Shown: one piece after another, positions 27,260-39,526 of the stretch | How positions within the stretch are numbered: position 1 is the stretch's first letter | Layout of the letters: each line of letters starts with the position of its first letter | NCBI GenBank assembly: GCA_951406725.2 | Contig: OX597820.1 | Coordinates: 23,002,001 to 23,066,000 of the forward strand | Reading direction: 5' to 3' | DNA length: 64,000 bases | From: Octopus vulgaris | Taxonomy: Eukaryota | Notes under the pieces: generated by a model | The model's database searches: none | What the model saw: the letters and a program-made list of their open reading frames with translations, nothing else | What the model was told of the DNA's origin: nothing | Position numbers and translations under genes: made by a program

Positions 27260-27375
27260 GGAAGCCATTTTCCTCCCTCATAAACTGTGTCATTCCCACA
27301 ATGCATCAAAATAGCCTCTAGTTCGATTTTTTGCCACTTGATGGCGTTATTCATAATGTTGCATTATGAATATGC
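27260..27375. promoter_or_regulatory. Putative bidirectional promoter core: YY1-like, ZNF143/Staf-like and CTCF-like motifs plus an 11-bp inverted repeat
   Basis: GCCATTTT at 27264-27271; TTCCCACAATGCAT at 27293-27306; GCCACTTGATGGCG at 27333-27346; TATTCATAATG-ttg-CATTATGAATA at 27348-27372. The region is TE-free, retains CpG, and lies between two divergent first exons. Confidence 0.55.
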
Positions 27376-27827
27376 TGTTCACCCGGCGCCTAGTATTATC
27401 TCACGACCACAGAGAATAGAATGCTATACAACCGATGCATAAAATTTTTGCCTTTTCTTCATATATATACAAACGATTTTATAAATGATTTTTTTTTTCG
27501 TTATTCAGTAATATTTTTTAATTTATTTTGTTTTAAATTAGAAGATAATTTTTAATAATTATTTTTGAAATTATTAATATTTTTCATTCTGACTAACCAG
27601 TTATACTGCGCTGTGTAATGTAATCCGTTCGAATCAATTTCCTTGAAGATTACATGTACACAGGAAGCCTGTTGGATAGCAGTGTAAAAGTGCCGTCTTA
27701 TTAGCAATTGAGGCGTAACTAGCCGTGTTTCATCACATTATGGAAGTTGTCTGTCTATCGAATGACTTACAATAAATTCGAACAGCATTAATTGCCGTGA
27801 GGTCATGTTTTGCACCAACATGTGGAA

Positions 27828-27888
27828 ATGTCAAAAGAGTTCAAGAAAGAGCTAAAAAATAAAAAACGAAGGGATGTCCTTTTAACAG
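27828..27888 (+). CDS. Candidate first coding exon of an unidentified divergent gene (MSKEFKKELKNKKRRDVLLT, phase 1); could instead be a 5'UTR exon with uORFs
   Basis: Consensus donor CAG|GTAAGT at 27886-27894. ATG at 27828 (GAAATG) with an in-frame upstream TGA at 27798, open to the donor. No homology recognised. Confidence 0.45.
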
Positions 27889-28714
27889 GTAAGTAACACT
27901 TGGAAAACACACCGTACGTACCCGTGAACCCAGTAAAGCTTATGTTTATTATTACCAAACCATCATTCGGTGTTTACAATTTTTATCGTCGTTCAACTTC
28001 GTTTTAAACATTTGTTTTATAATTTACAAATAATATACTCCCATCATCTTGCTTTATTACACTACCGCTTTGTTATCGGGTCTGTTTTGGTCAAGAACTT
28101 CATTTATTTTCATTAAAGGTAGACGTGTCCGTTTCGGGTGCTCGGCCAATGTGACAAATTGGTCCTCGGTTGTTTTATGTGTTTATATTTAATCTTGTTA
28201 ATTATAAATTTACGAAAATTAACCCTTCTATCCCCGTGGAACTGGTATTTGTTGAATATCCGCTGCAACTGTTGATGGCTTGCATAGGATAACGTATCGA
28301 AAAATTTCCCGCTTAATAAGTAATTGATTTTTATGCTTAATAATTAGGTTCCGTTACATATATATACATGTAGGTGTGTTTATATGTAAAGTTTCAGGAA
28401 TCTATTTTTTGTTTCTTGAACTAAAAAAATAACTGTTTATTCTCTTTCACTGTTGTTTCTTGGGACGATACGACACACCTTAAGGAAATTAAATTGTTGA
28501 CGTGGTATGGAATACATCTATTTGTATCTTTTCGCAACAGACGGTCAACTTTGAAATAAAGTGAATTTATTCTTTTTGGTTCAACTTTTGTTTTCTTTTT
28601 AATGAACTCGAATTCTTCCGATCCTCGTTTTTAATTTAACTCTTAAAACTCACGATCAAATCTTATAAACTATTATTACGTATCCAAATACCTCTTTTTC
28701 TCCTCGCCCCACTA

Positions 28715-28748
<34 letters not shown>

Positions 28749-31057
28749 GTTTGTGTATATAATTTTGGTGCTGCTCCTTTTTACTTGAGCTGAGACTTAA
28801 GTGTTAGAATTCAAAGAATTCCATCGTGTTGCATTGTGACAGTCGTTCCAAACACATACGTATCCTGCCTAACTTTTGTATTTTATGATTTTATTGCATA
28901 CGGTAATGTGTCAAAAAATGTCTTCATACATGCATAACCTGATCACAGACAATTCCTTTGCATCTGGAGCAAGTTTCAAAACAACGGATCTGTCATATTT
29001 TCGAACTGTAGACGGTGTATTCTTTGATTAACGCTGATATTTAAAAAGAAGCATTGCTTGCATATGTTTGTAATCAAACAATTGTTAAATACAGTTCAAA
29101 GGTATCGCTTGATTCTGAAATTTCTTATCGGGCTGTCTAAATAAGTTTAAAATTATATTTCTTGTTCGCCCCATGTAGAACTGGAAAAGGTTCCATTTCA
29201 GTATGTCTATGCAAATTTAAAATCTATTCTATAATTCTTTGTACTATAGGCAAAGGCCTAAAATTTTAGGGGAAGGGGCTATTCGATTACATGGACCCTA
29301 GTGTTCAGTTGATACTCATTTTATCAACCCGAATGGATGATAGGCAAACTTCACCTAGAGGAACTTAATTAAGGCATTGGTTTGCTTGAAATGCTGTCGT
29401 TTCAGGAGGTTTTTTTTTATAAGGATAAATATATATATTTAAATTATTATATACTTCAAGATGCAAACGAAATAATTCCGATGCATTTATATATATATTT
29501 ATTGTCCCTGGTGGTTGTTTGAATTAAAAACATGTTCTTTATCAAATGGTGAGAAATCCCGAAAGAATGTTTCTGTAGAATTTCTAATGATGATACTCCA
29601 ATTTTTGTTTTAAAGATAAAAACAGCACCAAACATGCAAAAGTACATGTTGTATACATATATATTATATGGAATCTTCCTATTCATCATTTCAATCGGAA
29701 CCGTTAGAAAGTGAAAGTGCATGCAATGCTAAAACTTTGGTCATTCACATGAGTTTCATTATTGAATGTACATTATTTTTTACTCGTAATTCCACAACAG
29801 AAAACCTAGAAAATATTTTCATTTCGTAGCGAAAAAAAACCCGTCCTGTTATTCGTAACTGATTTTCTTTTCTTTTTTACTAACATGTTAACTTGCATCT
29901 ACATTGCACGCACCTATGCTCTGTAGTGTGAGATTCCAGTTTTTATAAATACCATTTTTTTTTTCACCAGTTGCTATTTCAAGAGCTAGCAACTGGTTAA
30001 CATCGACGAGTCATAACTTAACATATACCAACTACATATGTTCATTTTATAGATTGTTCAGTCACCAATATTGTGATCGTTACAATCACATGGAACATAC
30101 ATTATCAGTCATTATTAACATTTCGGTATCGTATTTTCTTTCGTTGGTGAGAGAATCGACCACCTGGTGTTTTTATTTTATTTTAATCAATTTTCTAACT
30201 ATATTCTTTGAGTTCGAAACTCACTTTTTAAGTGAAATGAGTTTATATGCCTCAATCAAATTGAGGGATTTTATATAATGCCCACTAAGTGTTACATATT
30301 ACTGTGGAGCTGGGGATGGGGGGGGTCTTAATTTGCTTAATGTCATGTGATGAGTTCCTACAGAATATACGGAAAATACAATAGCAATGGGTATTGCATG
30401 TATTTACAAAGTATAAAAACTCCAATAGTACGTGTGGTTGTTTATTTTGGGTTTTTTTCCTGTTTTGTCCGAAACTCTTTTGTAGTTTTAATGAACATGA
30501 TTGTATTATTGGTTATTGATTAACATCGGAGAAATAAAAGACTAGGTCAAATGTTACGGGGCTTCAACTATAGTCAGTGATATTCATTATGGTTCCTACC
30601 ATGAATCTCAGGGGTTCATAAACGCTACTGCTTATTATCAAATTCAGTTTCACCCTGGACAAGGCACCAGTCTATCTACTGCAAGAACTTATAAATTTTG
30701 AAGCCTGCTACTCATAGTTAGATAATCTGAGGTATGAAAAATAATATAACATTGTCAGAATCATAAAATAAGTACAAGAGATGTGAACTTGCAACCTTCT
30801 CCTTTTGATCATTTCATTTCTGTGACAGTGGTGCACCAACCTGAATATGATGCTCCTGCATGGCCACTGACTAGTGACTAAAACAAAAGATAAAAGATAT
30901 ATCACAGCTGTAGTTTTTGAGTTGTCACTCAAATACTGTTATTATCTATCATGCTTGCCATGTCATGCTTTTCACTCAACAATATATTCAGTCGATGACT
31001 TCCATTTCCCAGGGAAAATGTGTTGTACCCATCTATCTTTTCTTTTCTTTTCTTTTT

Positions 31058-31352
31058 CCGCCCTTTTCAAGCCTAGCCAGATCATGGGCCCGGTTTCTGT
31101 TGCGTATGGGTTCCCTCCAAGCTGGACGGGACACCAGTCCATTGCAGCGTTACTCAAGAAACAGGAAGTAAGAGTGAGAGAAGGTTGTGGCGACAGAGTA
31201 CAACAGGGGTCGCCACTACCCCCTGCCGGAGCCTTGTGGAGCTTTACGTGTTTTCGCTCAATAAACACACACAATGCCTGGTCTGGGAATCGAAACCACA
31301 ATCCTCTGACCGCAAGTCCGCTGCTCTAACCACTGGGCCATTGCGCCTCCAC
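31058..31352 (-). mobile_element. tRNA-derived SINE, family 2
   Basis: Head GTGGAGGCGCAATGGCCCAGTGGTTAGAGC...GGTTTCGATTCCC. A deleted copy lies at ~40395-40547 and related sequence at 48905-49107. Confidence 0.8.
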
Positions 31353-31429
31353 ATACCCATCTATATGATGCAGATATTCATTGAACTTTGTATTCTCACC
31401 ACAGCCACAAACAAAATCAAATGCGGTGA

Positions 31430-32294
31430 TCATCATCATTGTTTAATGTCTGCTTTCCATGCTCGCATGGGTAGGGCAGTTTGATTAAAAGCTGGTAAGC
31501 CAGGGGGTTACACCATGTTCCAATCTGACTTGGCAAGGTTTCTACAGCTGGATGCGCTTCCTGGTACCAATCACTCCAAGAATGTAGTGAGTGCTTTTTA
31601 CATGCCACAACACGGTTGCCATTAACCTTATACCAGTATCAGTCACAACTACAGTCTCACTTGGCTTGATAGATCAACACAGGCACGGTATATTGCCAAG
31701 GGTCTTGGGTACCTGTCCCCGCTTCCATGAGGCTCAATACTCAAACAGTGCTTTTTACATGCCACCATCATGAGTGCCAGTCAGACAGCACAGGCATTGG
31801 CCACAACTACGATTTCCCTCAGTTTGACAGGTCTTTAGAAGCACAGAATATCACCCAACAATTAAAGGATGCTTTTAACAGGCCAGTTATGCGACATGCA
31901 TCGACCACAACTGTAATCTCACATGGTTTGATGGGTCTTCTCAAGCATGGCATATCTTCAAAGGTCACAGTCACTTACCATTGCCTCTGTGAGGCCCAAT
32001 ATTCAAAGATCGTGCTTCACTAGCTCATCTCATGTCTTCTTGGGTTTACCTCTTCCACAGGTTCCCTCCACTGTGACACTTCTTCACACAGCTGTTCTCA
32101 TCCACATACATCGCATAACCATACCAACTCAGTCGTCTCTCTTGCACACTGCATCTGATGCTTCTTATGCCCAACTTTTCTCTCAGGACGCTTACACTCT
32201 GTCATGCATGCACACTGACATTACACAGCCAGCGGAATATACTAGCTTCATTTCTTACAAACCTATGCATGTCCTCAGCAGTCACAGCCCATGA
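31430..32294 (-). mobile_element. RTE-clade LINE 3' end (ORF C-terminus, 3'UTR and (ATG)n tail)
   Basis: Minus strand reads WAVTAEDMHRF.RNEAS..RW.CNVS...LREKLGIRSIRC.VQERRL.WYG...CGRGKPKKT, the typical RTE C-terminus. Continues into the abundant (CAT)n-GTTTAA.GTC.GCTTTCCATGC repeat. Confidence 0.85.
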
Positions 32295-32519
32295 TTATAA
32301 TTTTGCAGAAAAGTAATTATACCTTGTATATTTGCTCTTTATCAGTTTAACTCCTTTATATTAACATTTGACACACTTGGTTAGTTAATAATCATGTTTT
32401 TTTTATTTCTTAAGTTAGATTACAGATGAACCATGAAATATTTGGTGGATCCAGCTTAATGAAAATGAAAACATTACACTGAACATTTAATAATATCTAA
32501 CCTGCACTCTCTTAGCCTT

Positions 32520-32850
32520 AGTTGCTCCTATACAGCTGACCTGCCATTAAGATACCTCCAATCATCCCTGTTTCCAACATAGTCACCTGCATCTTACCAG
32601 GTGATGCTAAGTTGTTTCAGATCTTCTTTGAAAATGACATGCCATATCTTCTTGAGTCTCCCTCCCTTCATCCTTCACGTAGTACCCATTGTATAGCTGT
32701 TTTGGGGATTCGTTCTTCCGGTAGTCGGAAAACATGACCTGCCAGTCTTGCTCCTCTTTCTGCCACAATCTCCTGCAAGCTATGCAGATTGGCTCGTCCC
32801 TAGACTTCAGAGTTTGCAGTTCTGCCCCTGTAGGAGATTTTGAACATTCT
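32520..32850 (-). mobile_element. Second RTE-type LINE family, C-terminal fragment
   Basis: Minus strand reads RMFKISYR...NSEV..RANLHSLQEIVAER..RLAGHVFRLPEERIPKTAIQWV, matching the RTE 'RLR..GHV.R...R.PK' motif, with stops. Confidence 0.75.
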
Positions 32851-35800
32851 GCTGTCCACTATTTTTCATTTCTTAATTGTTTGATTTTGTAAGAAAACTT
32901 TTCTGGTTGGAAAACACCTACTTTTAGCAAGGTGAATACTTTTACTCTCTTGGAGGCCTAGTAGTGCCTGGTACATCCCTTATACAGCTAACATCCACAA
33001 CTGCCAAATCCCATGTGGTTGACACCTACAACATCTGGAGGAAATCACCATTACAAAATCTCCACTTGGTAAAGTTCTCAACTAAGTTTGCAAAATCCTA
33101 TTTGCTAGTCTTTAATCAAAATGAGTTTGTTAGCAGCGCACCTGTAGCTAGAGCCACTATATTCACTGATCACTTGCATATAAATTCCTGCTACGCACCT
33201 TGATCAATGTACCTCCCAAACTTCTCTTCCTGGTAGCTTCCTCCTCATCTGTATACAGTGAACAAGTTATATCTAGTAATGTGTATTGAGTGTCTTCCCT
33301 TAAGCTGCTTCTACTCTCACCAAACACATCCTTTCTGATCTGGATAGCTACCACTTTATTTTCCTCATTTCCTTTATCTCAAAGGTGATATAAATTATTG
33401 TAAATGGCCTTTGCCCTTATCACCTACACATTAGAAAAAAGGCAGTTAGAATCTTCATAAACTTTAATTATGCTAAGTGTCACAATCTTTGATGGCCTTT
33501 CATTATGATAACATACCATTAACAGACAGAATTGCATCTAAAAGACCAGACCAGGGATTACCTCAAGTCTGAGCAGTTATGGACCCTCTACAAAAGTACA
33601 AGTTCAACCACAGAGTATTGTTCACACATCTAGCTTGGGTGGTTTTAAGTTCCTATTTAAAATAGGTCATATGACAGATTTTAGAAAAATAAATTTTAAT
33701 GGCTTAGTCACAGGAAGCAGTTCAGAAACTTTTGGAGACCTCCAAAACCAGTAAGACCTTTTCCATAGACTTGCAACAGTGGAATCTGCTAATCAAACTG
33801 AAGGACCTGATGGTAGGGTCAGATGTTAACTTCTTAGCATACCACTACCACATACTCATTGACATGCTGCATCATCCTCTCTCTCTCTCTCTCTCTTTTT
33901 TTCTTAGACCATCTCTGCAACAGCTTCTTGTTTCTTTACTACCCACAAGAGGCTACACACAGAGGGGACAAACAAAGACAGACAAACAGATTAAGTCGAT
34001 TATATCAACCCCAGTGCATAACTGATACTTATTTAATCGACCCCAAAAGGATGAAAGGCAAGGTTGACCTCAGTGGAATTTGAACTCAGAACGTAGCGTG
34101 AGACAAAATACTGCTAAACTTTTCACCCAGCGTGCTAACGATTCTGCCAGCTCGCCGACTTGCAACAGTTCCTGCTCTTCAAAAGTAGGAAGCTGTGTCA
34201 CACCTGTGTTCACTAAATGCATCCACCTCTCCTCCTTTCATTGTCCTTTATGTTTCACACTCTCTGGAACTTACAGAGGTTCAGCTTAAATTACATTAAA
34301 CTCACCAGTCTGAAAAGCCCCCACCCCCCTTTGATAAGTTCTGGACACTGCTCTGTCTTCCTTTAACCAAGTAATAAATGAATTAAAAAAAGAACAAACA
34401 AGCTAGTTAATTGACATGATTAAACCAACACACTTTCCTACATGCACTGTTTCAGGGTATCTCATTCTAATAAAATTTGTTCTTTCATTATTGGATAGAT
34501 ACTTGAGATTTACATTTTCATTGCACACAAAAGTATTTTATTTTCCTTCGTAACACATTCTGACCCTTATGGAAATGCATTGTTTTATGAAGCATTTTCC
34601 TACCTAACAAAGATTCTGGTTTTATTTCATAAGATTATTTGTCACTGTATCACACAAAACAGCCACTTGAGGTGAATAATTACTGTTGGAACTCTTGAAC
34701 TCTGGCATAATTCCACTTAGATTGAAATTCTATTTTTAAAAAAAAAATACCCAATTGTCTTATCTCTTCCAATTGTTATATGTTGCATGGCCTTGATACT
34801 GGTACTTAGTGACTTGCTGGGTGTTGGAGTTAGAATAGAATATGCAATTTTTTTTTATTGTTGCAATAATTGATCTGCATTACAAATAGAGCAACATTTT
34901 GCAGTTGTTTAGTTCCATGTCTGCTCTGATGAAGCAGATTCGTGATCAGACCCTTTTTTTATCCCCCAGATATTGTACCAAAAACTACAATATTCATTAT
35001 GTCTTACCTTTTATTTAAGATGATAAGGTATGATTTGAGGAAGCTTTGGCTGCTATTTCTAACAGGTTGGAGGTTTCTTTATGTAACATGTAGAGGCTTC
35101 TTTATATTCATCCCTACCCCTCTTCTAATAATTTAAGACAAGCTAAAAACAGTCCATTCATTTTTTTTTTTTTTTCCTGTAGTATTACTTTGTGAAATTT
35201 CATTACAAAGCTAGCATTCCACTAAAACTATCACAGAGAGCCAATATGTTAAACATTATATACAACCCTGCCAGAGATTTTCACTCAGTACCTAAGGAAC
35301 ACATAATAATTCAACCAAACACATTGTAAACACATACCATATGCAATTACTATCATCACCATTTTTACTACTTATCATGCTGGCACGACTTAGCGAGTCT
35401 ATTTCATAATAGTGTCTCTCCACTTGTGGTCCTTCATCATCTCTTTGTGAGGCTTAGCATCTTGAGATCATCCCCTACCGCTTCTACTTGCATTTTCTTC
35501 TCACCTCTATTGTACAGCACTTTTTCACCCTGTCATTCTTTATACGTATTGCATTGTCCATACCATCTCAGCCTTCTATTTCGTACTCTACATCTGATGC
35601 CTAATTTTTCTCTCAGCACACTTGTCACTTGTAGTCTGTTTAGTTATTCTTATACACTGATATTACACATACAGCAGAGGAGCTTAGTGAAGAGAGGAAT
35701 AAAAGTTGGCAGTTGTTTGTTCCAGTAAGTACACAATACCTGTGCAAAATCTTCTTGTCCAATCATAAATATCTAAACACATTCACACATCATTTTAAAA

Positions 35801-37899
35801 ACATTACCTCTCCTATCTGATCCAAGCAAACATTTGCTCATTTGTATAGCTGTAAATAGCAATAGCCATAGTAAGCTCAGTGCCAATCACTACCAGTAAA
35901 TCCCAAGATATTGAAACTATGCATTAATTGTTGAATAGTTTCCAGATGGGTTGCTGTTGATTTTGATCCCATGTCAGCCCTGATTGAACAGGTCTTTAAT
36001 CAAATGTGCTCCAGATGTGATCATCCTGCGTTTTGGGTATCTAGTTCTTCACTGTGTTGTCACTAAGTGGTTAAGAAGTTCACTTTGCAATCACGAGATC
36101 CCAGGTTTGATACCTCTGTGTAGCATCTTAAGTCCTTCACTTCCTATGAAACACAAACCATCAATAACTTTTCTAAACTCTAGGCTGTCTTTTCTGCTTC
36201 CTCTCCCTGATCTTGTTGGTATCTCATTGATATTTCTGTGTCTTTGCTTTATTTTCTTGGTAGGGATGTTGGCTTTATGCAAACTTATTTTTACTTCTGG
36301 GAAGAAGTGGTCCATATTAGTCTAGCCTCCAGCCTTTGGACTGCTCAGCATGAGAGGTCCTTCCAGGAGCTTGCCTTCCACAAGGACTGGACATGTCCAG
36401 TCCTTGTGGAAGGCAAGCTCCTGGGTGACATCTTGGGTAATGTTGTATTCTATAGCCTTGGGTTCATCCATACCTTATGAATAGAATTGGGTAGATGGAA
36501 ACTGTTAGAAGCCTGCTGGTTGTATTATACTTGTAATTTAAAGAGGTCCTACCTTGTCACACTGATTCTGCCTGAGATTTACATTAAGGGTACACATGTC
36601 TGTGAAACACTCAACCACCTACAGAATTACGTAATAACCAGGTAACTCTGTTCATTGAACAACTGAATCCTCAATGTCTAACAACAGAGATCCACCACCA
36701 CATTGCCCAGTGTATCCTTCCTTTTCTGAGATGGTAGACTGGGTTTGAAAACCATTTGATTTGTAATTCTTACTGGTTGAGTGACAGATTAAAGGTTCCC
36801 TCATTTACTTTTAACACCAGCTGACTTCAGACTACCAGTAATTAAATGTTCGTATTCAAATTCTAATCAAAATATCATGGCATACATGATAGCATGAAAT
36901 TTCAGATGGTCACCACTGACATAATAACAAACAATATTTAAAGTTACAGATATCTTACTAAAGCCTTCCCATTTATTATTGATCATACTGAAAATTAATT
37001 GAAATGCATAAGTTGTTTCCTCATGAGAAATTCAGTCATGATAGGGTTAAGGATGTGCAACTAAATGGTTACTAAGGTGTTGTAAATATCTTTGGCCAAA
37101 TAGTTCTACATATGGTACTTACTATAAATGTCAATTGCCAACTGAAGTATTTACAGTCAGCATTTATGGCTAAATGATTGCCAATCAATTTGTTCATTAT
37201 AGCATTGAATTCTATTTCAGTGTTGCAGTGTCTTTATATAGACCATATAGCTCTAATTTTCCCAGTCTAGAAACTGTCCAGCTTGACAGTAAAAGTGATT
37301 GTATGTTTCCACGGATGAGTGAATAAGATGATAGCCTCATATATATATTTATATAAGCACACCTATGTCCTGTCTCTGGATACTGTAACAAGATTGGTCA
37401 AATCTCTGGACAGTGATACAGTGGCTGGCAGAACAAGTAGGAACAGAGAAAAACTTTGAATGAGCTGCAAAATTAACTGGAAAATAGCATATAGTTTGTT
37501 GATGTCAGTGCTTAGCCCTATGTTTATCCAACAGTCTTATGACCCAAAAGCAATCCGGTTGTGACCATCCCACATTTTTGTATATCTGGGACTACTTTGG
37601 TCACTATTTATCCTAAATGCTCAGACTTGTAGTTAGCCCTTGTTTTATATATTCCAAGTAGTACAAAACTTTTCTTTTATAAATCCCAAGTTACCCTGTG
37701 GGCTAAAAAAAAAATTGTGATTATGTAACATATATGATGCATGAATGCCCAGGAATTACCTCCTGTAAATCACATTTGATACACAGAACTGGTAAGGAGT
37801 CAGAACTCTAGGAGGAAATTTGGCTGTTTCCCTTGCATGTTAAACAACCACATAATAGCTTCCTGATTGACTCATGGCATCTAGTTTGTTAATTTACAT

Positions 37900-38533
37900 C
37901 AGTGGTTCTCAATCGGGGTCCACATAATCCTTTGGTGGTCCATAGAAGATTTTGTTGTTAAAAATTAGGTGCAATAAATTGGTTTTACTTCTAAAACACA
38001 CAAAGCATTTTAACACTTTTTTAATACAATTCCTAATATTTTAATTATAAAAATATAACTCTTTTACTTGTTTCAGTCGTGACTGTGGCCATGCTGGAGC
38101 ACCGCCTTTATTCGAGAAAATTGACCCCAGGACTTATTCTTTGTAAGCCTAGTACTTATTCTATCAGTCTCTTTTGCCAAACCGCTAAGTTACGGGGACG
38201 TAAACACACCAGCATCGCTTGTCAAGCGATGTTGGGGGACAAACACACACACATAATACATATATATGACAGGCTTCTTTCAGTTTCCGTCTACCAAATC
38301 CACTCACAGGGCTTTGGTCGGCCTGAGACTATAGTAGAAGACACTTGCCCAAGGTGCCACGCATTGGAACTGAACCTGGAACCATGTGGTTTATAAGCAA
38401 GCTACTTACCACAGAGCCACTCTTACGCCTATAATAGGATTTTTTAAACATAAAATAGCTATTAGGGTCCACTTGAGTAAAATAGGAATCAGGAGGAACC
38501 CAGAGGTAACAAAATAATGGTTGAGAACCATTG
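37900..38533. mobile_element. hAT (Charlie/MER5-like) MITE interrupted by a SINE
   Basis: TIRs CAGTGGTTCTCAA / TTGAGAACCATTG; 8-bp TSD ATTTACAT / AGTTACAT. Confidence 0.8.
38058..38430 (-). mobile_element. tRNA-derived SINE, family 1, nested in a hAT MITE
   Basis: Colinear with 10993-11373. Confidence 0.85.
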
Positions 38534-38929
38534 AGTTACATTATTCTTAGAGGTTCTGTAAAGGATCACAGGTACTGCTCTTCTCCTCTACAAAAAAAAT
38601 GAAGAATAGATATTTGCAGTTATTGAATTAAGAGTAACAAAGATCAATGAGATTGAGAAGTTGATTATAAATAACTTCTTTCTTTTTCAGGAATAAAGTA
38701 AGATGTGATACTGCGATACTGCAAGTGTCAGAGGAATTTCTACATAAAAATTGTTTATTAATTCTTTTCTTTCTCTTTCACAAAGTTAAATTTAATCAAA
38801 GATTTGAATGTTCTGTGAGGGCTAAATCCATTAGGCACCACAATGAAGGTATAAGAAATTTTGTCTTAACCAATATTTTTGCACCAAATTCCCTTAAAAT
38901 CTCTACTAAAATCATTTCTCTGTTTAGGG

Positions 38930-39231
38930 CAATGGTTCTTAAGCATTTTTACATATACACCCCTTTGATTACTGTTTTACCTGGGTGGAGACCCCACCCC
39001 CCTATAACCATTTGATGTTTAAAAACCAGTTTTATAGATATTTCTGTTAAAATTCCCATTTTGTTATTCACTCATTCCTATAGGCTGAGCTATGTAAAAT
39101 GCTAGAGAAAGAAACCTAGCTACTTTCTTACAATACATATTTCAATCAAAACTTTACATGGACCCTTAAAATACTACGATGGATCTCCAATTTACTATTT
39201 TGCTATTGTGGACCCCTGTTGAGAACCATTA
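38930..39231. mobile_element. hAT (Charlie-like) MITE
   Basis: TIRs CAATGGTTCTTAA / TTGAGAACCATTA; 8-bp TSD GTTTAGGG / CTCTAGGG. Confidence 0.7.
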
Positions 39232-39298
39232 CTCTAGGGTCTCCTTACTCCCTAAATTCGTCAATATTTCAAATATTCCAAGTGTCATCATCATTGTT

Positions 39299-39526
39299 GT
39301 AACCCTTTCGTTACTGTATTTATTTTGAGATGCTTTGTGTTTCTTTCAATTACTTTAAATATAACAAAGAATTTAATAAAATAACTTCGTTATCATTAAG
39401 GTAGTGTTAGGAATATAAATTGTGACTAAGGTTTGGTGGAAGATTTTAATTCGAAACTTACGAAAACAAGTCATTTGTACCCAAAACCGAAGCCAGTTTC
39501 AGCCGGGTTGGTAACGAAAAGATTAA
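39299..39526 (+). mobile_element. piggyBac-type MITE family B, inserted into the TTAA of an older repeat
   Basis: (G)TAA-CCCTTTCGTTAC ... GTAACGAAAAGA-TTAA; near-identical to 55850-56078. Confidence 0.8.

Noticed and set aside
27820-27855. MWK... start suggestive of cortactin, a vertebrate PPFIA1 neighbour
   Set aside because: The frame stops after 11 codons (MWKCQKSSRKS*) with no DDWETDPDF motif.
29966-29997. 11-bp stem with a TTCAAGAG-containing loop resembling an shRNA vector
   Set aside because: Stem too short and no vector context; chance similarity.
30053-30125. Possible plus-strand exon after TTCATTTTATAG
   Set aside because: Weak donor (GTATCG) and unrecognisable peptide; not supportable without transcripts.
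31270-31352. tRNA gene
   Set aside because: The tRNA-like A/B boxes are the head of a multicopy SINE that continues into SINE body; no proper acceptor stem.
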